A DNA stretch of 64,000 bases from a virus. The DNA lies in the IMG/VR virus record IMGVR_UViG_3300032224_001477, positions 12,209 through 76,208 of that record. One strand, written 5' to 3'. The notes beneath the pieces were generated by a model, which saw only the letters and a program-made list of their open reading frames with translations, was not told the DNA's origin and made no database searches. Below, one piece after another: positions 46,386-56,469 of this stretch; within the stretch, counting starts at the first letter, position 1; each line of letters starts with the position of its first letter. A program made the translations under genes and the position numbers.

Positions 46386-47522
46386 TTATAGCTCCGCATC
46401 AGCCGTGTAGTGACACAAAAGCGGGGAACCCGCATAACCTCCTGACGGCCCTGAAGTTTCGTGGAGGGCAACGCCTTTTGTACCCGCGTAAAGAGTAATC
46501 CCAGGGTTGACATTATTCCCGATTGACCCGTTCCAGAAAGACGAAAACCGGTTTAGATTTCCCTGATTGTCCCGATAATTAAAATCCGGAGCCCTACGCA
46601 TTTCTGTAGCAAATTTTATCGCACCGCCTCCAACGTACCAAGAGTTTGGTACGTAAAGCTCTTGAACACCTAAAACCATTCCGTTATTAGTCACTGTTCC
46701 AGGAGCTACATTCATTGAGTACGACTTATCGTAATACCTCTGACACAACGCTAATTCCGTACCAATCGGCCTGCGCTCAAACTCAGTTGCGGTTGAGCCT
46801 GCTTCAAGTTGAACGTTTGCTATCTTCCAATTTCCGGTTGTTTGATTATTAACGTACATAATAAGATACAGACCGTTTTGATATTCTGAGCCGGAAGGAA
46901 TAGAAGCTACGGACGAATACCTTGCTAACGAAGACGTAACAGTCCAAGACCCGCCCGTAACTGCTGTATTGGCCCCGAAATTGTCTTTCGCATTAGCCGC
47001 GTAAAGCACCCAGCTTACAGTTGTAAGAACGCTATTGGCTAGATCTGCTGAAATCACAATACTTCCCCCAGCTAGGTCCGCCGAATTTGCCGCCTCAATT
47101 CTTTGAGAGAATTCAAGCTGCGATATACCTGCGGCCCCATTGATCTGATAATAGAACTGCCGCCCACCTGTTGTATCCGCAATACGTTGTGCCGTTACGT
47201 TCGATCCCGAAGGAAGTACCGTAAAACGATCTATTGTGTATGTGGTTGCAGAAGCCGTCACCGTATGACTCGCCCCAGCATTCCTCTGATCAATCCGCAT
47301 ATCACCATTGATAATACGATTTCGGAATGACTGATTATTAAGGTTGTTAATTGTAACTGCACCGCTCGAACTTACAGATAGAATATCAGCCGTAGTCGCT
47401 CCGCTGTTACCCCTCGCCAGCTTAATCGTGCCATCGGGTGAGGATGGGACGGATAGAGTAAAGTTGTTTGTTCCAGTTGCTGACTGGCCGATTTGAACTG
47501 AGTTTGCTTTGAGGAGGCTCAT
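46386..47522 (-). CDS. Tail fibre / receptor-binding protein (paralogue)
   Basis: Same two conserved blocks as 45141-46223. Confidence 0.75.
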   Translation of the reverse strand: MSLLKANSVQIGQSATGTNNFTLSVPSSPDGTIKLARGNSGATTADILSVSSSGAVTINNLNNQSFRNRIINGDMRIDQRNAGASHTVTASATTYTIDRFTVLPSGSNVTAQRIADTTGGRQFYYQINGAAGISQLEFSQRIEAANSADLAGGSIVISADLANSVLTTVSWVLYAANAKDNFGANTAVTGGSWTVTSSLARYSSVASIPSGSEYQNGLYLIMYVNNQTTGNWKIANVQLEAGSTATEFERRPIGTELALCQRYYDKSYSMNVAPGTVTNNGMVLGVQELYVPNSWYVGGGAIKFATEMRRAPDFNYRDNQGNLNRFSSFWNGSIGNNVNPGITLYAGTKGVALHETSGPSGGYAGSPLLCHYTADAEL

Positions 47523-47530
47523 AGATTGTC

Positions 47531-48043
47531 TTATGCGAAAATTAATACACAAACGTATGCCGCATCATAATACGAAGCAGCGGTATATGTATAAAAAGTA
47601 AATACGCCCAACGAAGAAGAAGAGACAGTATGAGCAGAGTTGCCTATATTTATAGCAACTCCAGAAGCGTGATGCGCTGAAAATAAGAAAGCGTAATTTG
47701 TATTAGGAAATGGTGTGCTAAAATTAACGGTATGAGTACCAGTAGTTGTTCTTGAAACACTAGAAACATTCCCGCTCGAGTATATAAACCTATTAGTGGC
47801 CGAGGCATCAGCTGCCCCACTTGCGTTTCTGGTGGCATCAAAAGCAACCCAAGCCCGTGCGCCAAATATGGGAGCAGAACCACTCTGCGCTCCATCTAGT
47901 TTTGCAGCAGTAATTGCTGCTGCATTCACTTTAGCGGTAGTTACCGCACTAGCAGCAATGTCAGCAGTCGTAATGCAATCGTCTGGCAACCCCCCTGCGG
48001 AGATTCCAGTTATCGTTCCAGTTCCGTTGATTGAGATAGGCAT
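47531..48043 (-). CDS. Short tail fibre-type protein
   Basis: VTTAK repeats; ARAWVAFD...SGNVSSV...G...VNF..P..NY. Confidence 0.65.
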   Translation of the reverse strand: MPISINGTGTITGISAGGLPDDCITTADIAASAVTTAKVNAAAITAAKLDGAQSGSAPIFGARAWVAFDATRNASGAADASATNRFIYSSGNVSSVSRTTTGTHTVNFSTPFPNTNYAFLFSAHHASGVAINIGNSAHTVSSSSLGVFTFYTYTAASYYDAAYVCVLIFA

Positions 48044-48044
48044 A

Positions 48045-48848
48045 TTAAACCACCGTCCAAACCCCGCCGGTCGGGATCGTTACAGTGACTCCTGTGTTCA
48101 CGGCGATCGGGCCGGCCGACACTGCATTCTTATTGCTGGTCATCGTGTAATTCGTTGTCACGGTTTGATCATTCTCCCAGAAAATTTTATCAGATCCACC
48201 CCCGACAGCCCCTGCGGCTATGGTGATTGCGTTGGATGTAACCGATGTCACCCGACCTTTTGCGTCTACGGTGATGGTTGGAATGGATGAAGTACTTCCG
48301 TAACTGCCCGCCGAAACACCCGTTGTAGCCAGGGTTGCCGAACCCGTAACGTTACCAGTGCCGTCAAACGAGCCGGATGTATAAGAGACATCGCCTGTAA
48401 TCCCGATTGTCCGTCCGGTAGCCAGGGCCGTAGCCGTAGCGGCGTTGCCCGTACAAGAGCCAGCAGAACCGGATACGTTTCCAGTTACATTTCCCGTAAC
48501 GTTTCCAGTCACACTTCCAGTTACGCCACCTGTAGCCGTAATCGCTCCGGTGACTGCCAAGGTTCCAGATAATGTCTGAGACGCCCCTGCTATCGTGCCG
48601 GTTAAGGTCGGAGAAGCTGACATAACTACGTTGCCGGTGCCAGTAATAGCGTTGGATACCAGGGATTTGTCGGAGCCTGTAAAGACGGCCTGGAGAGCTG
48701 TAGCCGAAGAAACGATTGGAGCAGTTGTAAGGGTAGTAGCCCCGGACACGGACAAGGTTGTTGCCGTAACCGGCCCAGGAGTATTCGCACCAAGCGTACC
48801 ATCCAATATACCGTTGGAGGCTTTGATTGTATTAATGGCTTTACTCAT
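48045..48848 (-). CDS. Tail fibre-type protein
   Basis: (G-N/S-V-T)n repeats, GNAATAT.L, AGSYGS...ITVDAKGRVT, FWENDQTV...W.VV. Confidence 0.7.
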   Translation of the reverse strand: MSKAINTIKASNGILDGTLGANTPGPVTATTLSVSGATTLTTAPIVSSATALQAVFTGSDKSLVSNAITGTGNVVMSASPTLTGTIAGASQTLSGTLAVTGAITATGGVTGSVTGNVTGNVTGNVSGSAGSCTGNAATATALATGRTIGITGDVSYTSGSFDGTGNVTGSATLATTGVSAGSYGSTSSIPTITVDAKGRVTSVTSNAITIAAGAVGGGSDKIFWENDQTVTTNYTMTSNKNAVSAGPIAVNTGVTVTIPTGGVWTVV

Positions 48849-48860
48849 TGTTGTAATATA

Positions 48861-48959
48861 TTAGGCCAAACTTGCGGCTTTCTGTAAAAAGGTGAGCGTG
48901 TCCGAGTCGGTCTTACCAACCTTCTTGCCTGCATACTGAGCGATTTCGGATAGGGTCAT
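48861..48959 (-). pseudogene. 32-codon remnant resembling the N-terminus of an adaptor/tail-tube gene
   Basis: MTLSEIAQYAGKKVGKTDSDTLTFLQKAASLA-stop; resembles the MT..EI...-type first helices of adaptor proteins (compare MTFGEIKSEIA at 54293). Confidence 0.35.
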
Positions 48960-49271
48960 CTAACTATTCCAAGGGAAAAGAACAACTGAAACTTTAGGAT
49001 TGAGAATATCGTTAATTTGCTCGGAAAGACTTGCTTCAAGTCCGGCAATATCAACTGAAGACGTAACCCAAGATTTTACCGTGTCTTCAGTAAGTTGATC
49101 AAATGGAATGAATGAATCTCCTGGCTGGCTAAATGAGGCTGTACCATAGCGAGCGCAACTTGCATTATTATCAGTTGCTGTGTATTCCCAATCAACCTGC
49201 ACAACAAAATTTTGTTTGTTGTCCAATTCTTTTGCAACTTTAAGTTGTTTGATGTTTAAATTATATTCCAT
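48960..49271 (-). CDS. Tail fibre-associated small protein
   Basis: V..VDW.Y...FIPFDQLTE..V.SWV...PW. Confidence 0.65.
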   Translation of the reverse strand: MEYNLNIKQLKVAKELDNKQNFVVQVDWEYTATDNNASCARYGTASFSQPGDSFIPFDQLTEDTVKSWVTSSVDIAGLEASLSEQINDILNPKVSVVLFPWNS

Positions 49272-49272
49272 A

Positions 49273-52200
49273 TTATGATCCACACATTATAACCCAAGCT
49301 GTTCCATTTGAAACAAGTGTTGCCCAATTTCCTGCGGCACCCCCAAGTATTGCAGTCCCAGCAGCTGCATTATTTCTAGGAACAACGCTTGCCGGAGTTG
49401 CCGAGACAACCGCAAAAGCTTGAAGTGTTTTTATTGTAAACTCTCTTCCTGTCCAAGATGATGCCGCTGGTAGAGTAACCGTGCAGGTTGATACAGCCTT
49501 GTTTACAATAATCCAATTTTCAGTATCGGCTAAAGTAAAGTCAGCAGTCTTTGTTACTGGCGCACCCCGGCCAAATGAACCTACGACTTCTAGCTTGTTG
49601 ACTGGTGCTGTTACTCCAATCCCGACATTCCCAGCAAAATAAGATTGAGCTGTTGCATCAGAATATATTGCCCAGTTGCTTGTTCCAGCAGAAGGATTAA
49701 CAATACGGACTCCGTAATTGTAAGATGCGTTATACGCACTTGCGTATATTCCAGTATTTACAGAAGCCGATCCAGCAGATTGTCCCATGATGGAATAATT
49801 AACTGTACCAGCACCACCGTTATTAACGCAGTTAATACCTTGACCACCTGTGTGAATTACCTCTAATCGTGATCCAGGATTCGTAGTCCCAATCCCGACA
49901 TTGCCTCCTGGGGCAATATATAATCTTTCAACGCTTGCTGCGTTAGATCTTTCCCTAAAAGCAAAACCATTACCCGATCCATTTCCAGCTGAGTCTTGGT
50001 TTGATAGTTCCCACCAATAATCGGGATTTGTTGTGTATAAAGAAATATAATTTCTGAAATTTGATGCATTGGCCCCACCTTGAAAGCGAGCGACTTCATT
50101 TGCTGAAGTTGGGTTTACCGTTAGAGTATGAAGTTTTGTGGCAGGAGTTGTAGTCCCAATGCCAACATTACCAGATCCAATAACACTAATTGCTGGATTA
50201 AATGTTGTTCCGTCTGTTGCGCTTACAACTCCAATTTGAACTCCTGCGTCAGCATAATCTGCGCCATATAATTTTGTATTAAAACTTGTTCCAACTTGAC
50301 CAATGCCAAGCCCAAATCTATATTTATTTGAAGTATTGTATAATGATATTTTTTCGCCAACTGTTCCGCTAAAAGCTAATTTTGCATCTGGGTTCGTTAC
50401 CCCAATCCCAACATTGCCACTTGAATCAATGCGGAGGCGTTCGTTTGCGTTTGTTGATAAAGCCGCAACACCGCTTGCTGGTGAATACCAAGATGGAGTT
50501 GTGCCTAATGCTGGAGAGCTTGCGGCTGCATTTTGAAGAAATATTTCTTTCCCTTGAATGTTTCCATTTGAGACATCTAGTTTGACAGTAGGACTCGTCG
50601 TCCCAATCCCAACATTGCCACTTGAATCAATGCGGAAGCGTTCGTTGTAATCTGTGCCAAATGCCAAATGCCTTGCACCAGATGTATCCGACCTGTCTGC
50701 TCTTATTAAAACACCGTTGGCACCATCTGGAACAACCCTTAAAACAGAACCAGATGATCCAGCCGTTCCTACTTCAAGTTTAGCTGTTGGGCTGACAACC
50801 CCAATCCCAACATTTCCGTTGTTATCAACAACAGCGAGTGTTGATCCTGCATTAAAATTTAATTTAAGAGCCGTGTCGTTTGCAGTATAACCCAATCTAA
50901 ACTGATTGGTTCCGTCTGGACGATCAAATTGAATTGCGCCGCCAGTTGCTATGTGAAGTTTTGTCTGAGGACTCTCAGTCCCAATTCCAACATTGCCACT
51001 TGTGCTTATTGTTGCAGCTATGGAGTTATTTGCGTAAAGGTTTACTGGATGATTTGTTTGCGACCCGATTGCTATTGATGTATCAGAACGATTAAACAGT
51101 ATGCCAGTCATAGTTCCGTTTGTAACTCTTATTCCGCTATTTGCAGATGCGACTACATCTAGCCTTGTGCCTGGACTCGTCGTTCCAATCCCAACATTTC
51201 CACTCGCATCCTTGTAAATCTGTCCACTTCCCACATTGATGACAGCTGTGGAGGCGGTGATTGCACCAGTCACTCCTAAAGTGCCGGTCAACGATGTAGC
51301 GCCTGAACCGTCTATGCTGGCCCTTTGAACTCCGTTTGTCGTCACAGCTAGAGTATTCGCCGCCGGAAAGTAAACTCCGGTGTCTGTATCTTCAAAAGTG
51401 GTGATGGACGGAGCTGCGGCTGTGCCCGCTTGAAATTTTAAGGTTCCTGCAATCGTATCGGCTGCCGTGAATCCAACAATTTCAAGGGTATCCCCGGCTG
51501 TTGCTGGGGTTACAAGGGTGAAGGATGTTCCGTTGGATACGTCCACATCGGTACCCGTGACAAGTTTGGTTCCATTTTGAAAAACATCGAGTTGATTAGG
51601 TGTGTATCCACCAGATACTGAGAAAAGGGTCTGGGCAGCAGTAGCGGTAAAAGCTAGTCGTTTAGGAGTTGCGGGACTACTGAAATACCCGCTAGCAAGA
51701 CCGACAACATCGATCGTGTCACCGGCCGACGCGCCCGTGGATAAAACAACAGTCGATCCACTAGTCACAGTTACCGTGGTCCCGTTGACCAACTTCAGCC
51801 CGTTCTTAAAGACGTCAATCTTGCCAGGCGTATATCCGCCAGACACCGTGAATGTAGTTTGAGCTGCGGCGGCAGTGAATGTTTGCCTTACGTAAGCGGT
51901 TGCGCTTGAACCCCCAGAAACAACCCCACCAATCCCACCCCACGTAAGGCCGTTATAACCTTCAAACTCGCCCGTGGTGGTATTAAATCTTAGCTGGCCA
52001 CCTGCAGGGGTAGGTCTTTGAGCTGTCGTACCTGAAGGGATCTTAAATGCGTCCGAAGAATTAAACTGAGCGTAGCCATTTGCATTAAAGGCATTGGAAA
52101 CAGTTAGATTCTGAATCGATGTATTTCCCGTGAGTGTGGAATTATTTACTGGAACACCGCCCGCGCTTGTCGCCCAGGCTGTGGCACCACGGACTTTCAT

Positions 52201-52572
52201 GCCGGGCATGGTCGTTGAGTAGTACATGTCTCCGACCTGAAGCGGAGATCCGTCCACTCTTACTGTTGGGTCAGTGGCGCTAGAACCAAGAAAAGTTGTA
52301 TAGTACCTATTTATCTCCTCCAACTTTGAGTTTACTGTCTCAATCGTAGATAGATTGCTGTTAAGGTTTACAAGTTGAGAATTACTGGCCGCAAGCGTGT
52401 TGATCGAATCAATGCTATTGGCATCCGTAACAACGCTGTCGATGTTGTTGGATACAATGTCAATCGCTGAAAGATTTCCAGCTACTACCGAGATATCGCC
52501 GCTATCAACTGTAGCCGTTCCTCCGATAGCGGAATCTCCTATGACTGTTACTGGCGTAATTACTTCGCTCAT
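49273..52572 (-). CDS. Long tail fibre protein
   Basis: Eight GNVGIG repeats, PSGTTAQRP/RFNTTT..FEGY block, two tandem F-T-A..AQT.F...Y....DVF.NG.KL domains. Confidence 0.85.
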   Translation of the reverse strand: MSEVITPVTVIGDSAIGGTATVDSGDISVVAGNLSAIDIVSNNIDSVVTDANSIDSINTLAASNSQLVNLNSNLSTIETVNSKLEEINRYYTTFLGSSATDPTVRVDGSPLQVGDMYYSTTMPGMKVRGATAWATSAGGVPVNNSTLTGNTSIQNLTVSNAFNANGYAQFNSSDAFKIPSGTTAQRPTPAGGQLRFNTTTGEFEGYNGLTWGGIGGVVSGGSSATAYVRQTFTAAAAQTTFTVSGGYTPGKIDVFKNGLKLVNGTTVTVTSGSTVVLSTGASAGDTIDVVGLASGYFSSPATPKRLAFTATAAQTLFSVSGGYTPNQLDVFQNGTKLVTGTDVDVSNGTSFTLVTPATAGDTLEIVGFTAADTIAGTLKFQAGTAAAPSITTFEDTDTGVYFPAANTLAVTTNGVQRASIDGSGATSLTGTLGVTGAITASTAVINVGSGQIYKDASGNVGIGTTSPGTRLDVVASANSGIRVTNGTMTGILFNRSDTSIAIGSQTNHPVNLYANNSIAATISTSGNVGIGTESPQTKLHIATGGAIQFDRPDGTNQFRLGYTANDTALKLNFNAGSTLAVVDNNGNVGIGVVSPTAKLEVGTAGSSGSVLRVVPDGANGVLIRADRSDTSGARHLAFGTDYNERFRIDSSGNVGIGTTSPTVKLDVSNGNIQGKEIFLQNAAASSPALGTTPSWYSPASGVAALSTNANERLRIDSSGNVGIGVTNPDAKLAFSGTVGEKISLYNTSNKYRFGLGIGQVGTSFNTKLYGADYADAGVQIGVVSATDGTTFNPAISVIGSGNVGIGTTTPATKLHTLTVNPTSANEVARFQGGANASNFRNYISLYTTNPDYWWELSNQDSAGNGSGNGFAFRERSNAASVERLYIAPGGNVGIGTTNPGSRLEVIHTGGQGINCVNNGGAGTVNYSIMGQSAGSASVNTGIYASAYNASYNYGVRIVNPSAGTSNWAIYSDATAQSYFAGNVGIGVTAPVNKLEVVGSFGRGAPVTKTADFTLADTENWIIVNKAVSTCTVTLPAASSWTGREFTIKTLQAFAVVSATPASVVPRNNAAAGTAILGGAAGNWATLVSNGTAWVIMCGS

Positions 52573-54293
52573 ATGATCGGAATAACTCCACCGAGTGAAA
52601 AGTTCTGCGCTTGGACTCGGATTGAGTGGTGCTCACCTGTCTTGGATTCCCGTAGCTCATCACGCAGAAGCATAAGAGCTTTCTGTTCATGCATGGCTGC
52701 CTGCTCTGCATTGCTGGTAATCGTAAGTGCTGCCAAAGCCATATTGAAAATTGCTGGATAATTCTTGATGCTCATAACATCGCTGTCATTGGTCTTGTAG
52801 ACCGGACGCTTCTTGACCAGAAGACGGACATAAGAGCTGCTGGCCCAGTTGCCGCGAACAAAGTAAGCGCGGTATTGGACGTTGTTTACCCGGGTCTCCC
52901 CTCTTGCGACCATACAGGGCGAGGCGGTTAGATTAGCGGTATTATTAGAGTCAATATCGACCTGCTGATAGCCCGGTCCGTTTTCCTTGAAATCATAAAA
53001 CTCGTCGTACACCGGGATCGGATATCCGTTAAAAGTTGCGCCCAGAATAGCTTCAACGTCGTTGGGTACGTAAACAAGACCATCCGTCTGGTCGATTGTA
53101 AGCGTATAAGTTTTGATCGTGCCAACAAAAGTACCCATCCGCATACACTGCTCTTCGCTTTGATTAATGAAGCGGGTCAGTTCCGAGTCAGATAACCTCA
53201 ACCCATTCGGAGCCTCAAGAGCAAATCGGGCTTTCATATAACCAAGCGTCCCCGGAATTGCTGTCGATAAAGCCGTTGTGTAGGTTCCGTGCCGTTTGGA
53301 CTCAAGCTCTACGCTGAGCTCTTCTTCCAACATCTTAATGGCCTCGGCTTCAAACTTCGCCGCTTGCTCCAGGCTGAGCTGTGCATTTTTGGATGATAGT
53401 GAAAGAGCTGTTAAAGCCAGCACCGCAAGTTTCACGATCTGGTAGTTGGATACAGGAAGTACAGCTGTATCAGAAACAATGTAACTGTAGGTCGGAAGAG
53501 TCAGTCCGTCCTTTACGCCGTAGCGCAAAGAAAAAAGTAAGAGTCGCTTTTTGGTGATCAGAAGGTCTTGAGCCTTGTTGACCATGTCGAACAGCTTGGC
53601 GTCCTCAAGCTTGATACCGAACTCGAGATCCAAGCCGAGCTTGGCTCGAACATATCCCATTGTGCCGACGGCATGGGTTGAGAGCTTGGATTGATAAACG
53701 AGCCGACGCGCCTCTTCAACCGACATATCGGTTTTGTAAGCCAAATGCTCCACAGCTTTAGCTTGGAGACTCGTGGCCATGTCGACCTGGTTGTTTTCTT
53801 CACGCCACAACGCAAGAACCATCAATTTAAGGGCTTCAAGGTCTGCAATAATTAGTTCATCTGCATCGTTCTCAACATCGTCCATTTTCTTTTTGCCAGT
53901 AACAATGACGCTTGTAGGAGCTGGGCTTACAGATGAATCAATTCTAAATTGAATGACGTTGGCGGTAGAGCCGATGGGCTCAAAGTTTAAAGGTACGAGA
54001 TCCCCATCGTCGTGAATGAAAACGTACGCATTGTCGCAAAGTAGTACATTGCCAGAAGCCAGGTTTGCGTTGTTGTTTTTGGCAACACGAACAATTGACT
54101 CTAGTTGTGAGGGCAGCGTAAACACGCCTGAGGTGACATCGACCTTGTACTTGGCTACCGCCCCAAGCCATGCACGAATCGCATGCAGACGGCGTTGAGC
54201 CTGGTTGACCCGTTGAATTACACGAGCATCCGTTGACGGAACTCCGTTATCAACTACCCGCGCAATTTCTGATTTGATTTCGCCAAATGTCAT
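52569..54293 (-). CDS. Head-tail adaptor / tail tubular protein A-like, three tandem units
   Basis: Three repeats of T(F/M/L)G.(I/V/M)(K/R)...(V/I)N(Q/K)(A/S)(Q/E) and of a C-terminal AL...A...AL/I..L helix pair. Confidence 0.6.
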   Translation of the reverse strand: MTFGEIKSEIARVVDNGVPSTDARVIQRVNQAQRRLHAIRAWLGAVAKYKVDVTSGVFTLPSQLESIVRVAKNNNANLASGNVLLCDNAYVFIHDDGDLVPLNFEPIGSTANVIQFRIDSSVSPAPTSVIVTGKKKMDDVENDADELIIADLEALKLMVLALWREENNQVDMATSLQAKAVEHLAYKTDMSVEEARRLVYQSKLSTHAVGTMGYVRAKLGLDLEFGIKLEDAKLFDMVNKAQDLLITKKRLLLFSLRYGVKDGLTLPTYSYIVSDTAVLPVSNYQIVKLAVLALTALSLSSKNAQLSLEQAAKFEAEAIKMLEEELSVELESKRHGTYTTALSTAIPGTLGYMKARFALEAPNGLRLSDSELTRFINQSEEQCMRMGTFVGTIKTYTLTIDQTDGLVYVPNDVEAILGATFNGYPIPVYDEFYDFKENGPGYQQVDIDSNNTANLTASPCMVARGETRVNNVQYRAYFVRGNWASSSYVRLLVKKRPVYKTNDSDVMSIKNYPAIFNMALAALTITSNAEQAAMHEQKALMLLRDELRESKTGEHHSIRVQAQNFSLGGVIPII

Positions 54294-55117
54294 TAGGTGT
54301 TCGGGTAGAAAGGAATCTTTCTAATCGTTCCGTTAATTGTTACTTGAAGATAGCCAACAGGAGTTGCCGGGAGAGCTGCTGCCCCGCCAGCAGAAACACT
54401 TGTTGTAGCCGTTGTTGCCGAAGGTAGAACGATGCTCCCTGCGGTTAAAACTCCTGCCGTTGTGATGTTAGCCGCAGTCAACAATCCAGCCGAATTGATC
54501 GAAGCAGCCGTCAGAGAAAGTGAACCGCCCGTAATCGCGCCTGTTCCAACATTGATCGCCGTGGCGGAAACTGTACCCCCAGAGGAGGTAATATTACCCG
54601 ACGCAGTGATATCCCCGGCCGTAATGCTAAGGCTTCCACTCGACATGGTGATACCGCCGGTCGTAGAAAGACCGCCAGTTATTGCTAAAGTCCCACTCGT
54701 GGGGTGAATCAATGCGGGGGTGGTTACAGATGTGTCGGTTTTAATCGCCCCAACCACATCCAACTTTGTTGTAGGTGTCTCGGTTCCAATACCAACTCGA
54801 CCGGCATACGTGCCTGTATTATCGATTGCAAGAGATGGGTTGATCAACCGAATGTTTCCCCCGGACACAGTGAACCCGCTGGTAAACGTGTTCTGGGCGC
54901 TGATCGAAATCCATCCGCCGTTATAGATTTTAAGGGTCGGATTGGCTGTGGAAGAATCCAGCCAGATCTTGGACTGATCGTTCGGGGCCGTTGTGCTGAG
55001 AACAAATACGCTGGCGTCCGAAGCTGGGACAGAAAGATTTTCGGCAAACAAAGATAACAACTCTTGTGGGGTTGCGTACTTTGTACCGGCTGGAAGTGTT
55101 GATGCGAGTAGAGCCAT
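54293..55117 (-). CDS. Tail-associated fibre protein
   Basis: TAP....IWLD, GRVGIGT.TP, low-complexity Thr/Gly/Ser shaft, terminal RKIPFY. Confidence 0.65.
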   Translation of the reverse strand: MALLASTLPAGTKYATPQELLSLFAENLSVPASDASVFVLSTTAPNDQSKIWLDSSTANPTLKIYNGGWISISAQNTFTSGFTVSGGNIRLINPSLAIDNTGTYAGRVGIGTETPTTKLDVVGAIKTDTSVTTPALIHPTSGTLAITGGLSTTGGITMSSGSLSITAGDITASGNITSSGGTVSATAINVGTGAITGGSLSLTAASINSAGLLTAANITTAGVLTAGSIVLPSATTATTSVSAGGAAALPATPVGYLQVTINGTIRKIPFYPNT

Positions 55118-55120
55118 AAT

Positions 55121-55819
55121 TTAACTTTGACCTCCTAAGAGTGCGTTTCCTGTAAGTGTTAAGGTGTTACCTTGGGTAACAATCGCTACATTGGTTGCTA
55201 CGCCAGCCCCATTAGCCGAACCCAAATTACCAGCCCCTATTCCTGTACTTGCGCCCCCTACCAAATAAGAACTATAAACAGCCGAGCCTGTGTAATTCCT
55301 TCCTCTTGGTTCGCTGACGCCCACAACAATACCGGCTCCGCCGCCAGCATCTCCTGGGTTCGGGTGGTCTCTATCCTGAGTAATACCTAACCCGCCTGTT
55401 CCCCCAGACCCTATAACGCCAGAATTTTCAATAGTGAGGGGATAACTCAAAAGAATAGCCGAGCCGCCTTTGTTGTAGGATCCGGCCCCAGGATAAGAAT
55501 CGCAACACCCTGTGGTAATACGGTCGCCGCCTTTTCCTGCAATAATGCCATTTGCAGGACTATTTGTCGTACCCCCGCTTGTTGCAGGCAGGATAAGTTT
55601 TATTTTAGACCCTACAGGCCAGCTCCCAGTTTGTAATGCATAGGTACTTGTATCTGTGCTTCCAATATTACCGAGCACAGAAAACTCTACGGTGGCGCCA
55701 GAGCCCACATAAGGGTAGCTAGCTAAAAAGAGATCGCGCAGATTTAAGTTATAGGAATTGGTATTAGCGGTACCAATATCCAACTTGAATGTCGCGCTAT
55801 CGACGATGCTAACCATCAT
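55121..55819 (-). CDS. Gly-rich tail tip protein
   Basis: I.GKGG, IENSG.I.SGG.GG, GGGAG motifs. Confidence 0.65.
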   Translation of the reverse strand: MMVSIVDSATFKLDIGTANTNSYNLNLRDLFLASYPYVGSGATVEFSVLGNIGSTDTSTYALQTGSWPVGSKIKLILPATSGGTTNSPANGIIAGKGGDRITTGCCDSYPGAGSYNKGGSAILLSYPLTIENSGVIGSGGTGGLGITQDRDHPNPGDAGGGAGIVVGVSEPRGRNYTGSAVYSSYLVGGASTGIGAGNLGSANGAGVATNVAIVTQGNTLTLTGNALLGGQS

Positions 55820-55823
55820 AGCG

Positions 55824-56426
55824 TTAGCTCGTGTACCCAAATGAGATTGTCGCGTTGGCAACGGTGCCTGAGAGATTTGAGAAAGTGGCGGTGACGCTTG
55901 TGCCGGCGGCAATCACAGTGCCGTTAGCGAGTGCTGGGGTAAGTGTGATTGTGGCAGAGCCAGAACCAAACGTCGTTGTGACGGCCGTATTAATGGTCAT
56001 GGCGTGGGTAGTCTTAAAGAGAACAACAGTTTGAGTGTTGTAAGGTTGAAAGACATTGGCGCTCACCTGCTGACGAAGGCTTGTAGAACCAGCGGCGGTA
56101 ATAAGCCCCTGGTCGTTTACAGTGAATGTTGGGACTGCGCTATTAGAGCCGTAAGAGCCCGCGGTAAGCCCGGTACGAGATTCAAGATTTTCTGGTAGGA
56201 TGGTGCCTACAGCTATCTTGGCGCCTGTGACAACGCGCGCGGCTAGTTTGTCAGTCGTGACAGCGGAAGTTGCTAACTGCTGGGACGAAACCGATCCGCT
56301 TGATAAAATGTTTCCACGAAGCTCGGAGATAGCAATTTTCTTGGTTACCGAAGAGTTTACGACCGGAAGCACATCCGTGCTGCTTAAAGTCCCTGAAAAT
56401 GATTGTAGGTCTGTGATCTTGGGCAT
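55824..56426 (-). CDS. Tail-associated protein
   Basis: KITDL...TKKI, VTTDKLA repeats, AGSYGS..FTVNDQG.IT. Confidence 0.65.
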   Translation of the reverse strand: MPKITDLQSFSGTLSSTDVLPVVNSSVTKKIAISELRGNILSSGSVSSQQLATSAVTTDKLAARVVTGAKIAVGTILPENLESRTGLTAGSYGSNSAVPTFTVNDQGLITAAGSTSLRQQVSANVFQPYNTQTVVLFKTTHAMTINTAVTTTFGSGSATITLTPALANGTVIAAGTSVTATFSNLSGTVANATISFGYTS

Positions 56427-56439
56427 AGCGGAATCTCCT

Positions 56440-56469
56440 ATTCTGGGCTACTGACCATTCTATGTCAAT
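56440..56469 (-). promoter_or_regulatory. Promoter, recurring motif
   Basis: - strand ATTGACA-TAGAATG-GTCAGTA-GCC-CAGAAT. Confidence 0.55.

Noticed and set aside
45141-47522. Diversity-generating retroelement TR/VR pair
   Set aside because: Repeats are in-frame parts of two genes, differences are mostly synonymous and not adenine-specific, and no RT is present.
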